A DNA stretch of 64,000 nucleotides. It comes from an uncultured Pseudomonadales bacterium (GTDB taxonomy: Bacteria; Patescibacteriota; Microgenomatia; UBA1400; MFAQ01). Below, piece by piece: positions 39,917-48,802 of this stretch. The DNA is taken from the NCBI GenBank assembly GCA_964429015.1, contig CAYSAM010000002.1, forward strand, positions 25,158-89,157, in the 5' to 3' direction. A program made the position numbers and the translations under genes. Below the pieces are notes generated by a model that was given only the letters and a program-made list of their open reading frames with translations, did not search any database and was not told where the DNA came from. Positions within the stretch are counted from its first letter, which is position 1; the number at the start of each line of letters is the position of its first letter.

Positions 39917-40756
39917 TTAATCATTACTAACCCTCCCATCCAAAGTTCTTACTTTTCTAATTTCCAAAAGCGCTTGTACCGTTTCCCCAATTCCAGGAGC
40001 TCTACCATGCCAGTTATAATCATTCTCCATAAAATTCACCCCTTTACCAGGTATTGTTCTCAAAATAATTACACTTGTTCTGTCATGTATTGTTTTTGTT
40101 TTCTCATAAGCACTGGCAATATCTTCAAAACTGTGTCCGTCAACTTCCAAAACAAAAAACCCAAACGCTTCCAATTTTTTATCTAGTGGTTCAAGCGGCA
40201 TAATGTCCTGTGTAAAACCATCAATCTGAATATTATTTCTATCAACTACAAACAATAAATTATTTAATTTAAATTTATTAGCACTCATATATGCCTCCCA
40301 CACCTGCCCCTCATTTTGCTCTCCATCTCCCATAAAACAAATCGTTTTTCGCTTATTCCCTTTCATTTTGTCTACAAGAGCCATACCAACAGCCACACTC
40401 ACGCCTTGACCCAAAGGACCACTGCTACTTTCTATCCCAGGCAATAATCTAGCCACAGGGTGACCTTGCAACCTTGTTCCTGTTTTTCTTAAACTAGTCA
40501 GTTCTTCTTTGGAAAAGTATCCCGCCTCTGCCAAGCTAGCATAAAGTACGGGGCAGTAGTGTCCCGCCGAAAGCACGACTCTATCTCTTTCTTCATTCCA
40601 AGGATCTTTAGGAAAATGTTTAATCTCTCCTCCAAAATAAATCCAAGTAAAAAAATCAGCCGAGCCCAATGCTCCAGCCGGGTGACCAGTCCCCGCCTCA
40701 AGCAGCATTTTTATTATTTCTTCTCGTATCACACTCGCTTTCAATCTCAAATCCAT
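39917..40756 (-). CDS. Transketolase, N-terminal (TPP-binding) subunit
   Basis: GHPAGALGSADFFTWIYF, SAGH, and GDGEQNEGQVWEA (the GDG-x-N TPP motif). Confidence 0.85.
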   Translation of the reverse strand: MDLRLKASVIREEIIKMLLEAGTGHPAGALGSADFFTWIYFGGEIKHFPKDPWNEERDRVVLSAGHYCPVLYASLAEAGYFSKEELTSLRKTGTRLQGHPVARLLPGIESSSGPLGQGVSVAVGMALVDKMKGNKRKTICFMGDGEQNEGQVWEAYMSANKFKLNNLLFVVDRNNIQIDGFTQDIMPLEPLDKKLEAFGFFVLEVDGHSFEDIASAYEKTKTIHDRTSVIILRTIPGKGVNFMENDYNWHGRAPGIGETVQALLEIRKVRTLDGRVSND

Positions 40757-40860
40757 ACATTAATATTACCATCGTCAACTCCTCATTTTGAATTCTTGGA
40801 TTCTTGCGAACGGAGTGAGTCCCGTGTATTTGCGCGGGAAGTTCTTGAGTTCTTGAAATA

Positions 40861-41490
40861 TTATTCCATAAAAGCCGTCTCTCCACTCCCGCTGTCTATA
40901 GGGTGAGCCACGTGTCCATCACGCTCATTATCAAATTCTTCCAAGTACTTTAAAACCATCTCAGGTGTCGTAGCAATTCTATAAACCTTCAAAGAGTCAG
41001 GGCGAGATTCAGCAATCTTCATATTTGCCACCAAGGCTTCCATAATAGGGAACCAAAAATCTCCATACAAAATAAACGGTTTATGGTGACCAAAATAAAG
41101 GTAAGCTAGTCCCCAGGCCATTCCAAATTCAGACAAAGTTCCCGTACCGCCATTAAAGACTACATAGGCGTTTCCAAGCTCAAGAAGCTTCATGGTTCTA
41201 TCTACGTAGTTATTCATAATAATTTCTTTGTCTGCTTTATTAAAGTGATCTTTTCCCTCAAAGTTTTCTATAAACTTTGGGTAAAAAGTTGCCACCGATG
41301 CTACCCCGCCACCCTCATGAGCTCCATCTGTAGCCGCCCTCATCACCCCAGGACCCCCACCATTTACAATTTCCAAACCATTAACGGCCAACAGCCTCGC
41401 CACCTCTTTAGTTTCCTGATACAGCGGGTGGTCTTCAGTACAATCTGCAAAACCAAAAATAGTAATTGCTTTCAAATTCTTAAATGCCAT
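40861..41490 (-). CDS. LOG-family protein (cytokinin riboside 5'-monophosphate phosphoribohydrolase-like / TIGR00730)
   Basis: IVNGGGPGVMRA and FNGGTGTLSEF (the GGxGTxxE motif). Confidence 0.7.
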   Translation of the reverse strand: MAFKNLKAITIFGFADCTEDHPLYQETKEVARLLAVNGLEIVNGGGPGVMRAATDGAHEGGGVASVATFYPKFIENFEGKDHFNKADKEIIMNNYVDRTMKLLELGNAYVVFNGGTGTLSEFGMAWGLAYLYFGHHKPFILYGDFWFPIMEALVANMKIAESRPDSLKVYRIATTPEMVLKYLEEFDNERDGHVAHPIDSGSGETAFME

Positions 41491-41518
41491 GTTTTTATAT
41501 TATCATCAAATCCATCCC

Positions 41519-42208
41519 CTAAACCCCTCTCAAATTAACTAAATTATCATATTCTTCCTCAACATCAGCAGATTTAAACAAATCACTGCCCACCGCAAAC
41601 TCCATTTTTCCAAAATTTCTATCCAGTTCATCCTCAGATATTTCCTCAGCCCACTCTGCTTCAAAGCATCGCTTAATATCTTTCCCATCAATTCCCCCAT
41701 CAACGATTATCTTTATATTCTTATCTATCTTTCTAATTTCTTTTATTTTCTCTAGTACTTTCTCATCAAAATCTTCTTTCCCTTGTGTTCCAAGTTTAGA
41801 ACTCATAAGTAACACCGCATCCAAATTATTTATTACATCTTCCAAGTCAGTAAGTGGCGTCTCCAATGCATAAGCAAGACCTGCTCTAAGCCCAGCAAAC
41901 TGAGCATCAGCCACAAAAGCTACTTTATCTGTCATCTTCTCCACCTGTCCATAAACTGCTGTTATTCCCGCTTCCACACAACGCTCAATCCAATCGTGTG
42001 GTTCCTCCACCATTAGGTGAGCCTCAAACTCTATTTCAACAGGCAAATCAACTTCCTTAAGTGCTTCAGGAATCACGGTCGTAGCTGGAGCAAATTTTCC
42101 GTCAATAATATCCACTTGCACTCTTTTGGCAAAACCCTTCACTTTTTCTGCCTTATCCAAAAAGGAAGAAATATCTTTTTCTAATATGGCGGGTACAATT
42201 GTTACCAT
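41519..42208 (-). CDS. rpe: Ribulose-phosphate 3-epimerase
   Basis: VPAIL, VQVDIIDGKFAP (the HxDxMDGxFVP equivalent) and HLMVEEP (HLMV motif). Confidence 0.75.
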   Translation of the reverse strand: MVTIVPAILEKDISSFLDKAEKVKGFAKRVQVDIIDGKFAPATTVIPEALKEVDLPVEIEFEAHLMVEEPHDWIERCVEAGITAVYGQVEKMTDKVAFVADAQFAGLRAGLAYALETPLTDLEDVINNLDAVLLMSSKLGTQGKEDFDEKVLEKIKEIRKIDKNIKIIVDGGIDGKDIKRCFEAEWAEEISEDELDRNFGKMEFAVGSDLFKSADVEEEYDNLVNLRGV

Positions 42209-42660
42209 TTTTGTTCTAATTCAATAATTTTTTTAATTCTTCTCGAGTACTTTTCTTCAGCTGATGCCTCAGTATTCAAAAAAATCTCCACCATTTCTTT
42301 TACACCCTCAAAACTTACATAATCAGTCGGTATTGCCAGAGCGTTAATGTTGTCATCAATTCTGCCCTTGCGAACAGCCTCAAGCCCAAACCCCAAGCCA
42401 CACCTAACTCCCTTAAATTTATTTGCTACTATACACATCCCCATTCCGTTACGGCAAAACAAAATAGTTTTATTCCCCTCATTCATTTGCAAAGCAGCCT
42501 TTGTTGCGTAATCTACATAATCATCATCTCCATTTTGCTGATATGCACCAACATCTTCCACCTCGTAACCTTTTTCTTCCAGCAAAGTCACTATTTTTTC
42601 TTTAGTTTCAAATCCTCCATGATCAGCACCAATTATTACTCTCATACCTCCAGTGTACAC
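42202..42660 (-). CDS. rpiB: Ribose-5-phosphate isomerase B
   Basis: MRVIIGADHGGFETKEKIVTLLEEKGYEVEDVG is the canonical RpiB/LacAB N-terminus. CRNGMGMCIVANK contains the catalytic Cys region. Confidence 0.85.
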   Translation of the reverse strand: MYTGGMRVIIGADHGGFETKEKIVTLLEEKGYEVEDVGAYQQNGDDDYVDYATKAALQMNEGNKTILFCRNGMGMCIVANKFKGVRCGLGFGLEAVRKGRIDDNINALAIPTDYVSFEGVKEMVEIFLNTEASAEEKYSRRIKKIIELEQKW

Positions 42661-42672
42661 AATTTGATTAAT

Positions 42673-43113
42673 TTATGCTTGCTCTTCAACGGGTATATAC
42701 ATATAGTGGTTTTTTGAAAACACAACAGGTTCCCCTTTGTCATCCCTAAGTAATTTCAACGCTACCCCATCCAGAGTCAACACGCCGTTAAATGTCAAAC
42801 TCCTCAGTAGGGTTGAACCTTTCGGCCAAGACGATAAGATTGCTTTCTCAACACTCGAATCCAAAATAGACTTAAAATCCCTTATGTTAAATTCTGTCTT
42901 CATTTCTTGACCATGAATTGTAACATCAGCACCAATTTTTTGATCGTATTCAAAAATTCTTTCACCGTTTGTAAAAAATAACCCACCAGATTCGTCTGAC
43001 TTAACTTTTTTTACCATTATATTTCCAGGTAAATGTACTTCAGCTTGTCCATCTTTTTTTGTATGCGCACCCCACGGACCCGGAGTAACTCCATCAAAAT
43101 CAATTATAGCCAT
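42673..43113 (-). CDS. Hypothetical protein
   Basis: 146 aa with no recognisable motif. It sits between rpiB and a HAD hydrolase. Confidence 0.3.
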   Translation of the reverse strand: MAIIDFDGVTPGPWGAHTKKDGQAEVHLPGNIMVKKVKSDESGGLFFTNGERIFEYDQKIGADVTIHGQEMKTEFNIRDFKSILDSSVEKAILSSWPKGSTLLRSLTFNGVLTLDGVALKLLRDDKGEPVVFSKNHYMYIPVEEQA

Positions 43114-43286
43114 ATGTCAGTTTCCTCTCTCTCTCTCTTTGTCAACACTTTTCTTGAAACCAAGTATCGTCATTGCGAGGCGCGACTTTAGGTCGGCCGC
43201 GATGCTTCTCAGCAGAGCTAAATGTCGAAATTAGTTTTTGTTGAAGACAAAAATAACTTTCGACCAATCTATGCAAATAAACACTC

Positions 43287-43976
43287 CTATTTTTTCAACA
43301 ACTCCATTACCTTTTCATAAGCCTCATTATCACTCACCACCAACCAACCTTCTTCTTTTGCGTGTTTCAATAACTCTTCTGTAGGATTTATACAGATTGG
43401 GTTTTGAACTTTTTCCAACATTCCGATATCGTTTTCCGAGTCCCCAAAAGCAAAATTATTACCACTGCTATATTCAGACAACAAACTCTCCACCACATGT
43501 TTACCATCAGCCAAAGAATTCACAATACTCCCAGTAAAAACCCCATCAACTACTTCAAAATTAGTACACAAATACCCATCCAATCCAAACATTTCCTTTA
43601 CCGCTTCTGCAAACATCTGCGAGTTCGTGGTTACTATATAAATATCATGAGTCTGCTTTAATACCGGAACCAAATCAACAAAATATTTATAAAAATTATC
43701 CTTTGTATCCTCAAAAAATTTCTTCACCAAACCAGAAACTTCGTCAAAATTTTTCCCTTTCAAGGCTTCTCCAAATATCTTAAGTAAATTATTTGCAGTA
43801 ATTGAATACTCCTGGAGTTTACTATTATATTTTTCCAGTTCTGCTTCAATTCTCGGCCAAGTTTCAGCCGTAAATATACCTTTTTCAATTAAGAATTTTG
43901 CTGCGGAAAAAAAAGAATGTTGGTTGTATATTGTTTTATCAATATCAAATAGAGCAATCGACTTTTTTGTACTCAT
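43287..43976 (-). CDS. HAD-superfamily hydrolase (phosphoserine-phosphatase-like subfamily IB)
   Basis: Motif I LFDIDKTIY (DxDxT). Motif IV GDSENDIGM. Confidence 0.65.
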   Translation of the reverse strand: MSTKKSIALFDIDKTIYNQHSFFSAAKFLIEKGIFTAETWPRIEAELEKYNSKLQEYSITANNLLKIFGEALKGKNFDEVSGLVKKFFEDTKDNFYKYFVDLVPVLKQTHDIYIVTTNSQMFAEAVKEMFGLDGYLCTNFEVVDGVFTGSIVNSLADGKHVVESLLSEYSSGNNFAFGDSENDIGMLEKVQNPICINPTEELLKHAKEEGWLVVSDNEAYEKVMELLKK

Positions 43977-43979
43977 ATT

Positions 43980-44693
43980 TTAAACTCCAAAATCTGTTCT
44001 ACCTTCCTCAACTTTCTTCAGTATTTCCTCAGCTTCGCGCAAACGAATAGTTAGGTTATGAGTTCTGGCAATTTCTACAGATTCTTTAATTCTCACCAAA
44101 GCTTCTTCCTTGTTATTCTCCAGCACACTTGCAATTGCCAATTTGTTCAAACAACCAGTTTCCCATACTCTCGGTGCATAAGTATTCATATCTCCCGTTC
44201 TTATATCCTCAAGTGCCTCTTTAATCTCTTTTATTCCTTCTTCCTTTTTTCCCAATTTGTATTTTATTCCTCCGATGTGAGCTTTAAGATTTCCTTTCTC
44301 ACACCTGTCTGCCGTAGTTACTTCTAGTGCTTTCTCAAAGTATTCAACCGACTCTTGTACCTTTCCACTCATAAGAAGCCCATCTCCGTAACATCGGTAA
44401 CCAATCGCCACGATATAGGGGTTAATCCTCTCTTTGTTTTCTTCAGCAACTTTATAACTCTCATATGCGTAAGCCAAAGTAAGTCTTTTGAACAATTCAC
44501 CACCACTACCAATCTGATGCTTAAAGACTAAACTCATTCCCCCCAAAGCGTGGACCATACCTTCAAAATCATCTGTCTTTACGCAATCAATTAACGCCTC
44601 TGTATACTCTTTCGCCGACTCACCATATTTTTCTTCTTCGCGCAAAGTATTTGCTTTATTAAGCCTCTCTTCCATTTCTTTTGTCATATGCAA
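43980..44693 (-). CDS. TPR-repeat protein
   Basis: Repeated 34-aa helical hairpins (e.g. AYESYKVAEENKERINPYIVAIGYRCYGDG, ESVEYFEKALEV). Confidence 0.5.
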   Translation of the reverse strand: MHMTKEMEERLNKANTLREEEKYGESAKEYTEALIDCVKTDDFEGMVHALGGMSLVFKHQIGSGGELFKRLTLAYAYESYKVAEENKERINPYIVAIGYRCYGDGLLMSGKVQESVEYFEKALEVTTADRCEKGNLKAHIGGIKYKLGKKEEGIKEIKEALEDIRTGDMNTYAPRVWETGCLNKLAIASVLENNKEEALVRIKESVEIARTHNLTIRLREAEEILKKVEEGRTDFGV

Positions 44694-44711
44694 TTATAAT
44701 AACACTGATAT

Positions 44712-45854
44712 ATGACAGATCTAAACAAGCTTAAAATTGCCACCATAGCAACTTCATCTCCATTTTGGATAGCAATAATTGTCCTATATCTAAACTCAAG
44801 AGGAATATCTCTGTCAGACGTTTTCAAACTAATAAGTTTTTACCAAATATCAGTGGTTGCTCTAGAGTATCCCACAGGAGTGATTGGAGACCACTTTTCC
44901 CACAAAACATCTGTAACTTTAGGATATCTGTTTTCATCTATCGGGATGCTACTGGCAACATTTCAACTTAGTATTCTTTTTTATTACTTAATTATGGTAA
45001 TTATCGCTCTAGGTGTATCACTTGTTTCGGGAAGCAACACCGCTTTGTTACACAAACTTTCAGAGGACTTTAAAAAAGACTCCGCCTCCCTAAAAAGTAC
45101 AACTATGGCATGGTCACTTATAGCTCTGTCCGTTGGAGGGTTAATCGGAAAATATAGCCTTGTAGCACCAATTTACCTTACCAGCGCTGCTTTCATGGTC
45201 GGTTTTATAACAATGACCTCAATCAACCAATCAGACCACAACAAAAAATCTGGAAATGTTTTTAGCAAAGCAAAAGAAGGAATAATTCACATAAAGAATA
45301 ACAACACCCTAATATCCATTTTAATTCTCAACGCACTAGTATCTGGCATTTTTCTTAGCACAAAGTGGTTCTACAACCCCTTCTTTGAAACTCTAGGAAT
45401 AAATATTTCTTGGTGGGGAATACTTATTAGTCTTGCATCACTTTTAAGTATTGCTGGTGTATTTTTATACAAAAAATTCACAAGCAATAAAATCATAGAG
45501 TATTACGTCTTTCTTATTATTCTATTTGGGCTTACATCCCTACTAAATAGTCGATTTTCAATCGTATCGCTTCCATCACTTATGCTTGCCCATCTTGTAG
45601 GTTCGGGGTACATACAAACATTTTTTGAAGTTAACATCAATAGTCACTTATCAGACTCAACTAGAGCAAGCGTCTTATCTTTCGGCAGTTTACTTATCAG
45701 ATTAACATCCTCAATTTACATTTACGCAACAGGTCTAATCATTGCCAATTACAACCTGTCACATCTATTTATTTTTACAGCAGCAATACTAACAATAATC
45801 GGTTTACCGTTTGTCTTCAAATTAAACTCCAAATTTGATTCTTTGAGTTCTTGA
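44712..45854 (+). CDS. MFS-type transporter
   Basis: 12 predicted TM helices in two 6-TM halves. The C-terminal codons are supplied by the GAGTTCTT tandem repeat. Confidence 0.65.
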   Translation: MTDLNKLKIATIATSSPFWIAIIVLYLNSRGISLSDVFKLISFYQISVVALEYPTGVIGDHFSHKTSVTLGYLFSSIGMLLATFQLSILFYYLIMVIIALGVSLVSGSNTALLHKLSEDFKKDSASLKSTTMAWSLIALSVGGLIGKYSLVAPIYLTSAAFMVGFITMTSINQSDHNKKSGNVFSKAKEGIIHIKNNNTLISILILNALVSGIFLSTKWFYNPFFETLGINISWWGILISLASLLSIAGVFLYKKFTSNKIIEYYVFLIILFGLTSLLNSRFSIVSLPSLMLAHLVGSGYIQTFFEVNINSHLSDSTRASVLSFGSLLIRLTSSIYIYATGLIIANYNLSHLFIFTAAILTIIGLPFVFKLNSKFDSLSS

Positions 45855-45883
45855 GTTCTTGAGTTCTTGAGTTCTTGAGTTCT
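45835..45883. repeat. Tandem 8-nt microrepeat (GAGTTCTT) x about 6, overlapping the MFS stop codon
   Basis: ttctttgagttcttgagttcttgagttcttgagttcttgagttctt read directly. Related arrays at 40793-40860, 47464-47497, 53234-53266 and 55025-55060. Confidence 0.8.
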
Positions 45884-45887
45884 TATA

Positions 45888-46190
45888 TCATTCTATTCCC
45901 AGTTCTGCCTTAACCTCTTCCGAAATAAGCTCCTTACTCCATGGTGGATCCCATACTAGTTCCACATGTAATGACTTCACCTCCTCTATTTCTCCAACTG
46001 CTTTTTTAACCTCACTGTCAATTACAGGAGCCAAAGGGCAACCTGGGCTCGTCAAGGTTAAATCTATCTCCGCTTCTCCTTTTTCAAACCTTACGTCATA
46101 TATAAGCCCCAAAGATACAATATCAATGCCCAGTTCCGGATCTATAACTTTTTTCAACGCTTCCCTAATTTTTTCTTCTACATTATTCAT
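45888..46190 (-). CDS. DUF59/MIP18-family Fe-S cluster assembly protein (SufT/PaaD-like)
   Basis: VIDPELGIDIVSLGLIYDV and the conserved Cys in TSPGCPLA. Confidence 0.65.
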   Translation of the reverse strand: MNNVEEKIREALKKVIDPELGIDIVSLGLIYDVRFEKGEAEIDLTLTSPGCPLAPVIDSEVKKAVGEIEEVKSLHVELVWDPPWSKELISEEVKAELGIE

Positions 46191-46904
46191 CTAAAAAAAT
46201 TTCTCATAATTTATTAATTCTTCTGGCACTTGCTTTTCTCTAAGCCTACTTTTCATTTCTTCAATCATTCTAGTAGACCCACACAAGTACCAAACGCTTC
46301 CTTTTATTTCCACAGCATCCAAATTATCTCCAACATGTCCCTGTTTACCAGTCCACAGAGACTCCGGTTGCGACATATATATTTCAAAATCAAAATTCTT
46401 ATACTTTTCCTTTATTTCTTGTAGCCATTTCTGCCAGTACAAGCCCCTAATAAAGCGAAGTCCCCACCACAAAATCACTTTTCCACCAAATCCATCTAAA
46501 AGCAATTTTTCTATCATCGGTAAAAAGGGGGCAATACCAGTTCCAGTAGCAACAAAATATACTGTTGTCTCCTCCATGGCTTCTGCTTCTTCTAGTACAA
46601 ATCGCCCCAAAAATCCCATCACCTCAACTTCATCACCAACCGACAACTTCTCTAAATATATAGATCCCATCCCACCAGGGCTCACATCCACAAGCAGTCT
46701 TACTGTATTTTTCTGGTAACCGGCAACCGAATAAGAACGTCTAACTCCATTTTCATTTACCTTCAAACTTACATACTGCCCAGGTTTAAACAAGCAAATT
46801 TCGCTAAGCTTAATATCTAGCTCATAAATACTCTCTACAATTAGATCTTTTCTTGTTACCACTCCAATTTGTTTTTTTGGTCCCATTACACTTTTAATTA
46901 TCAT
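46191..46904 (-). CDS. FAD/NAD(P)-binding oxidoreductase (ferredoxin-NADP+ reductase-like)
   Basis: RSYSVAG (the RxYS FAD-binding motif) and ATGTGIAPF (the NAD(P)-binding GTGxAP motif). Confidence 0.65.
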   Translation of the reverse strand: MIIKSVMGPKKQIGVVTRKDLIVESIYELDIKLSEICLFKPGQYVSLKVNENGVRRSYSVAGYQKNTVRLLVDVSPGGMGSIYLEKLSVGDEVEVMGFLGRFVLEEAEAMEETTVYFVATGTGIAPFLPMIEKLLLDGFGGKVILWWGLRFIRGLYWQKWLQEIKEKYKNFDFEIYMSQPESLWTGKQGHVGDNLDAVEIKGSVWYLCGSTRMIEEMKSRLREKQVPEELINYEKFF

Positions 46905-46906
46905 TT

Positions 46907-47623
46907 TTACTTAACCAAAAAATAAGCAATTCCAAATAAAAACAAAGCCATCACCATTCTCAGTTGTTTGTTGTATTTATGTTCCCATTCTTTCATCTCC
47001 ACCACTTTTTTGCCTCCTGCCATAACGAGCAATATAACAAAAATAGGCAAAATAAATATTAAGTTATAGTACAAAAAGTAAAACAGCACCTGCCACATAG
47101 GCAGACCAGATCTCGCCAAGTAAGAGGTTGTTCCTATATAGACAGGTAACATACAAGGAGTCGAAAACGCTGTAGTCAAAACACCTACTAACACCGCCAT
47201 CGAAGGACCTGCCTTTGCCAAAATTCCATTTATTTTTTCATACCCCTTACTGCTCATTCTTAAGTGAACAGGTAAGTGATCCCAAAACACATCTTTAAAC
47301 TGAATAAGTCCTGCTATTACCAAAATTCCCGCCATTAAATATTTAAATACACTAGCAATCCATAGTCTTTGCAAGTAAAAAGCAAGTCCATAAAAAAACA
47401 ATCCCAATACTAAATATGTAACAAACACACTCACCAAATACACCAAACCCTCCCTCAAAACCCTTGAATTCTTGATTCCTTGAGTTTTTGAGTTCTTTTT
47501 TGGATCGTTCTGCGATCCAAAAACTAAAATATACCCCAAAAAAGTAATCATCATCCCTATTCCACAGGGGTTCAACCCATTTACTAGTGCCGCCCCCGTC
47601 AAAGCCCAAATATTTATTGTCAT
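46907..47623 (-). CDS. ccdA: CcdA/DsbD-like transmembrane thiol-disulfide transporter, carrying an in-frame microrepeat insertion
   Basis: TM Cys residues in LNPCGIGMM and STPCMLPVY. The loop GSQNDPKKNSKTQGIKNSRVLREG is encoded by the GGATCGCAGAACGATCC palindrome plus the CAAGAACTCAAG-type repeat. Confidence 0.7.
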   Translation of the reverse strand: MTINIWALTGAALVNGLNPCGIGMMITFLGYILVFGSQNDPKKNSKTQGIKNSRVLREGLVYLVSVFVTYLVLGLFFYGLAFYLQRLWIASVFKYLMAGILVIAGLIQFKDVFWDHLPVHLRMSSKGYEKINGILAKAGPSMAVLVGVLTTAFSTPCMLPVYIGTTSYLARSGLPMWQVLFYFLYYNLIFILPIFVILLVMAGGKKVVEMKEWEHKYNKQLRMVMALFLFGIAYFLVK

Positions 47624-48261
47624 TACTTTTTATTTAATATTTCTTTAACTTTATCCATAACGAACGGAACTCCTACTTGCTCTCCATTTACAAAAATCGT
47701 TGGTGTTCCCGAAAGTTGCAACCTAGCTGCCAAACTTGCGTCAATTTGTACCATCTCAGCTACTTCTTTGGAGTTCATTGTTTCTTCAAATTTTTTCTCT
47801 TCAAGCCCCAAACTCTTTGCATACTCTACAAACTTTTTCTCCGGGTTTTTAATATCGGACCACTCACTTTGCTTATCAAACATCAAGTCCATCATTTCCC
47901 AACCCTTACCCATTACCCTACCAGCCTCTACCGCTTTAGCCGAAATCAAAGCATATTTATGAACATTTGGAGGGAGAGGAAACTGCCTCATCACCGTTCT
48001 TACTCCTGGCATTGTTTCCAAGTCTTTAAGAGCTTCTTTTGCTGCTTTACATGAAGGGCACTGAATATCCGAAAAACTTACTACTGTTACTTTTGTATCT
48101 CCATTTTCTCGTACAAATCTTGCTCCCTCCAACAGTTGCTGCATGTCTACACTGGTTGCTGTAGTTGTTCCAGAGCTCATTTTTGTTAAGCCAAAAATAG
48201 CCGCCAAAACCACCACCACGCTACCTCCAATTATTAACAAAGTATTTTTTATGTCAGTCAT
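47623..48261 (-). CDS. DsbA/thioredoxin-fold thiol:disulfide oxidoreductase, membrane-anchored
   Basis: N-terminal TM and a CxxC motif (DIQCPSCK). Confidence 0.7.
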   Translation of the reverse strand: MTDIKNTLLIIGGSVVVVLAAIFGLTKMSSGTTTATSVDMQQLLEGARFVRENGDTKVTVVSFSDIQCPSCKAAKEALKDLETMPGVRTVMRQFPLPPNVHKYALISAKAVEAGRVMGKGWEMMDLMFDKQSEWSDIKNPEKKFVEYAKSLGLEEKKFEETMNSKEVAEMVQIDASLAARLQLSGTPTIFVNGEQVGVPFVMDKVKEILNKK

Positions 48262-48338
48262 TTTTTTTCACGGTTCCAAAGGTAGGGGTTTGATTTATCA
48301 AACCCAAGCTACAATCATAACCATTAATTTTATAAATA

Positions 48339-48758
48339 TTAATTTTCATTATTCATCACTTTTAATAACGCTCTATAAGCCAAGGTTGCACACTTCATTC
48401 TACCTGCATTTATCTCTCCCCCCATCATTTCTACAATTCCCTCTTCTCCAATTTTTTCAACGTCCACAAAAGTCATTCCAATCACTTTCTCCGAAAGCAT
48501 ACTAGCTGCCGCTGTCGATATTGCACACCCCACCCCTCGCCACCTCACCTCCTTGATCACAACGTCGTCATTGCGAGCAGCGCGCGGCAATCCATCTCCT
48601 CTACCATCTACCATCGACGATCTTTTAAGCTTAATTTGCACTTGCACAACATCCCCACAACTAGAGTTAGACTCGTTTATAGTTAAGTCAGCGTCCTCCA
48701 TCTCCCCAAAATTTCTAGGGTTCTTGTAGTGATCAATTATTTCATCCTTGTAATCCAT
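48339..48758 (-). CDS. sufU: SufU/IscU-type Fe-S scaffold protein with a ~20-aa in-frame insertion derived from the dispersed palindromic element
   Basis: HYKNPRNFG, CGDVVQVQIKL and GVGCAISTAAASM are scaffold motifs. Between them, KRSSMVDGRGDGLPRAARNDDV is encoded by the cgtcgtcattgcgagcagcgcgcggcaatc + ccatctaccatc repeat at 48564-48624. Confidence 0.7.
   Translation of the reverse strand: MDYKDEIIDHYKNPRNFGEMEDADLTINESNSSCGDVVQVQIKLKRSSMVDGRGDGLPRAARNDDVVIKEVRWRGVGCAISTAAASMLSEKVIGMTFVDVEKIGEEGIVEMMGGEINAGRMKCATLAYRALLKVMNNEN
48564..48624. repeat. Palindromic element copy 3 fused to a 7-nt microrepeat, located inside the sufU reading frame
   Basis: cgtcgtcattgcgagcagcgcgcggcaatccatctcctctaccatctaccatcgacgatct read directly. 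Confidence 0.8.
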
Positions 48759-48802
48759 ATCTATGTAAACACCTTTGGTACTTCTTTTAATTTTTCTACC
48801 AA

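Noticed and set aside
40793-40860. Segment gcgaacggagtgagtcccgtgtatttgcgcggg inside the family-B microrepeat as a sixth palindromic-element copy
   Set aside because: The arms do not match the ATTGCGAG/CGGCAAT termini and the pairing is weak.
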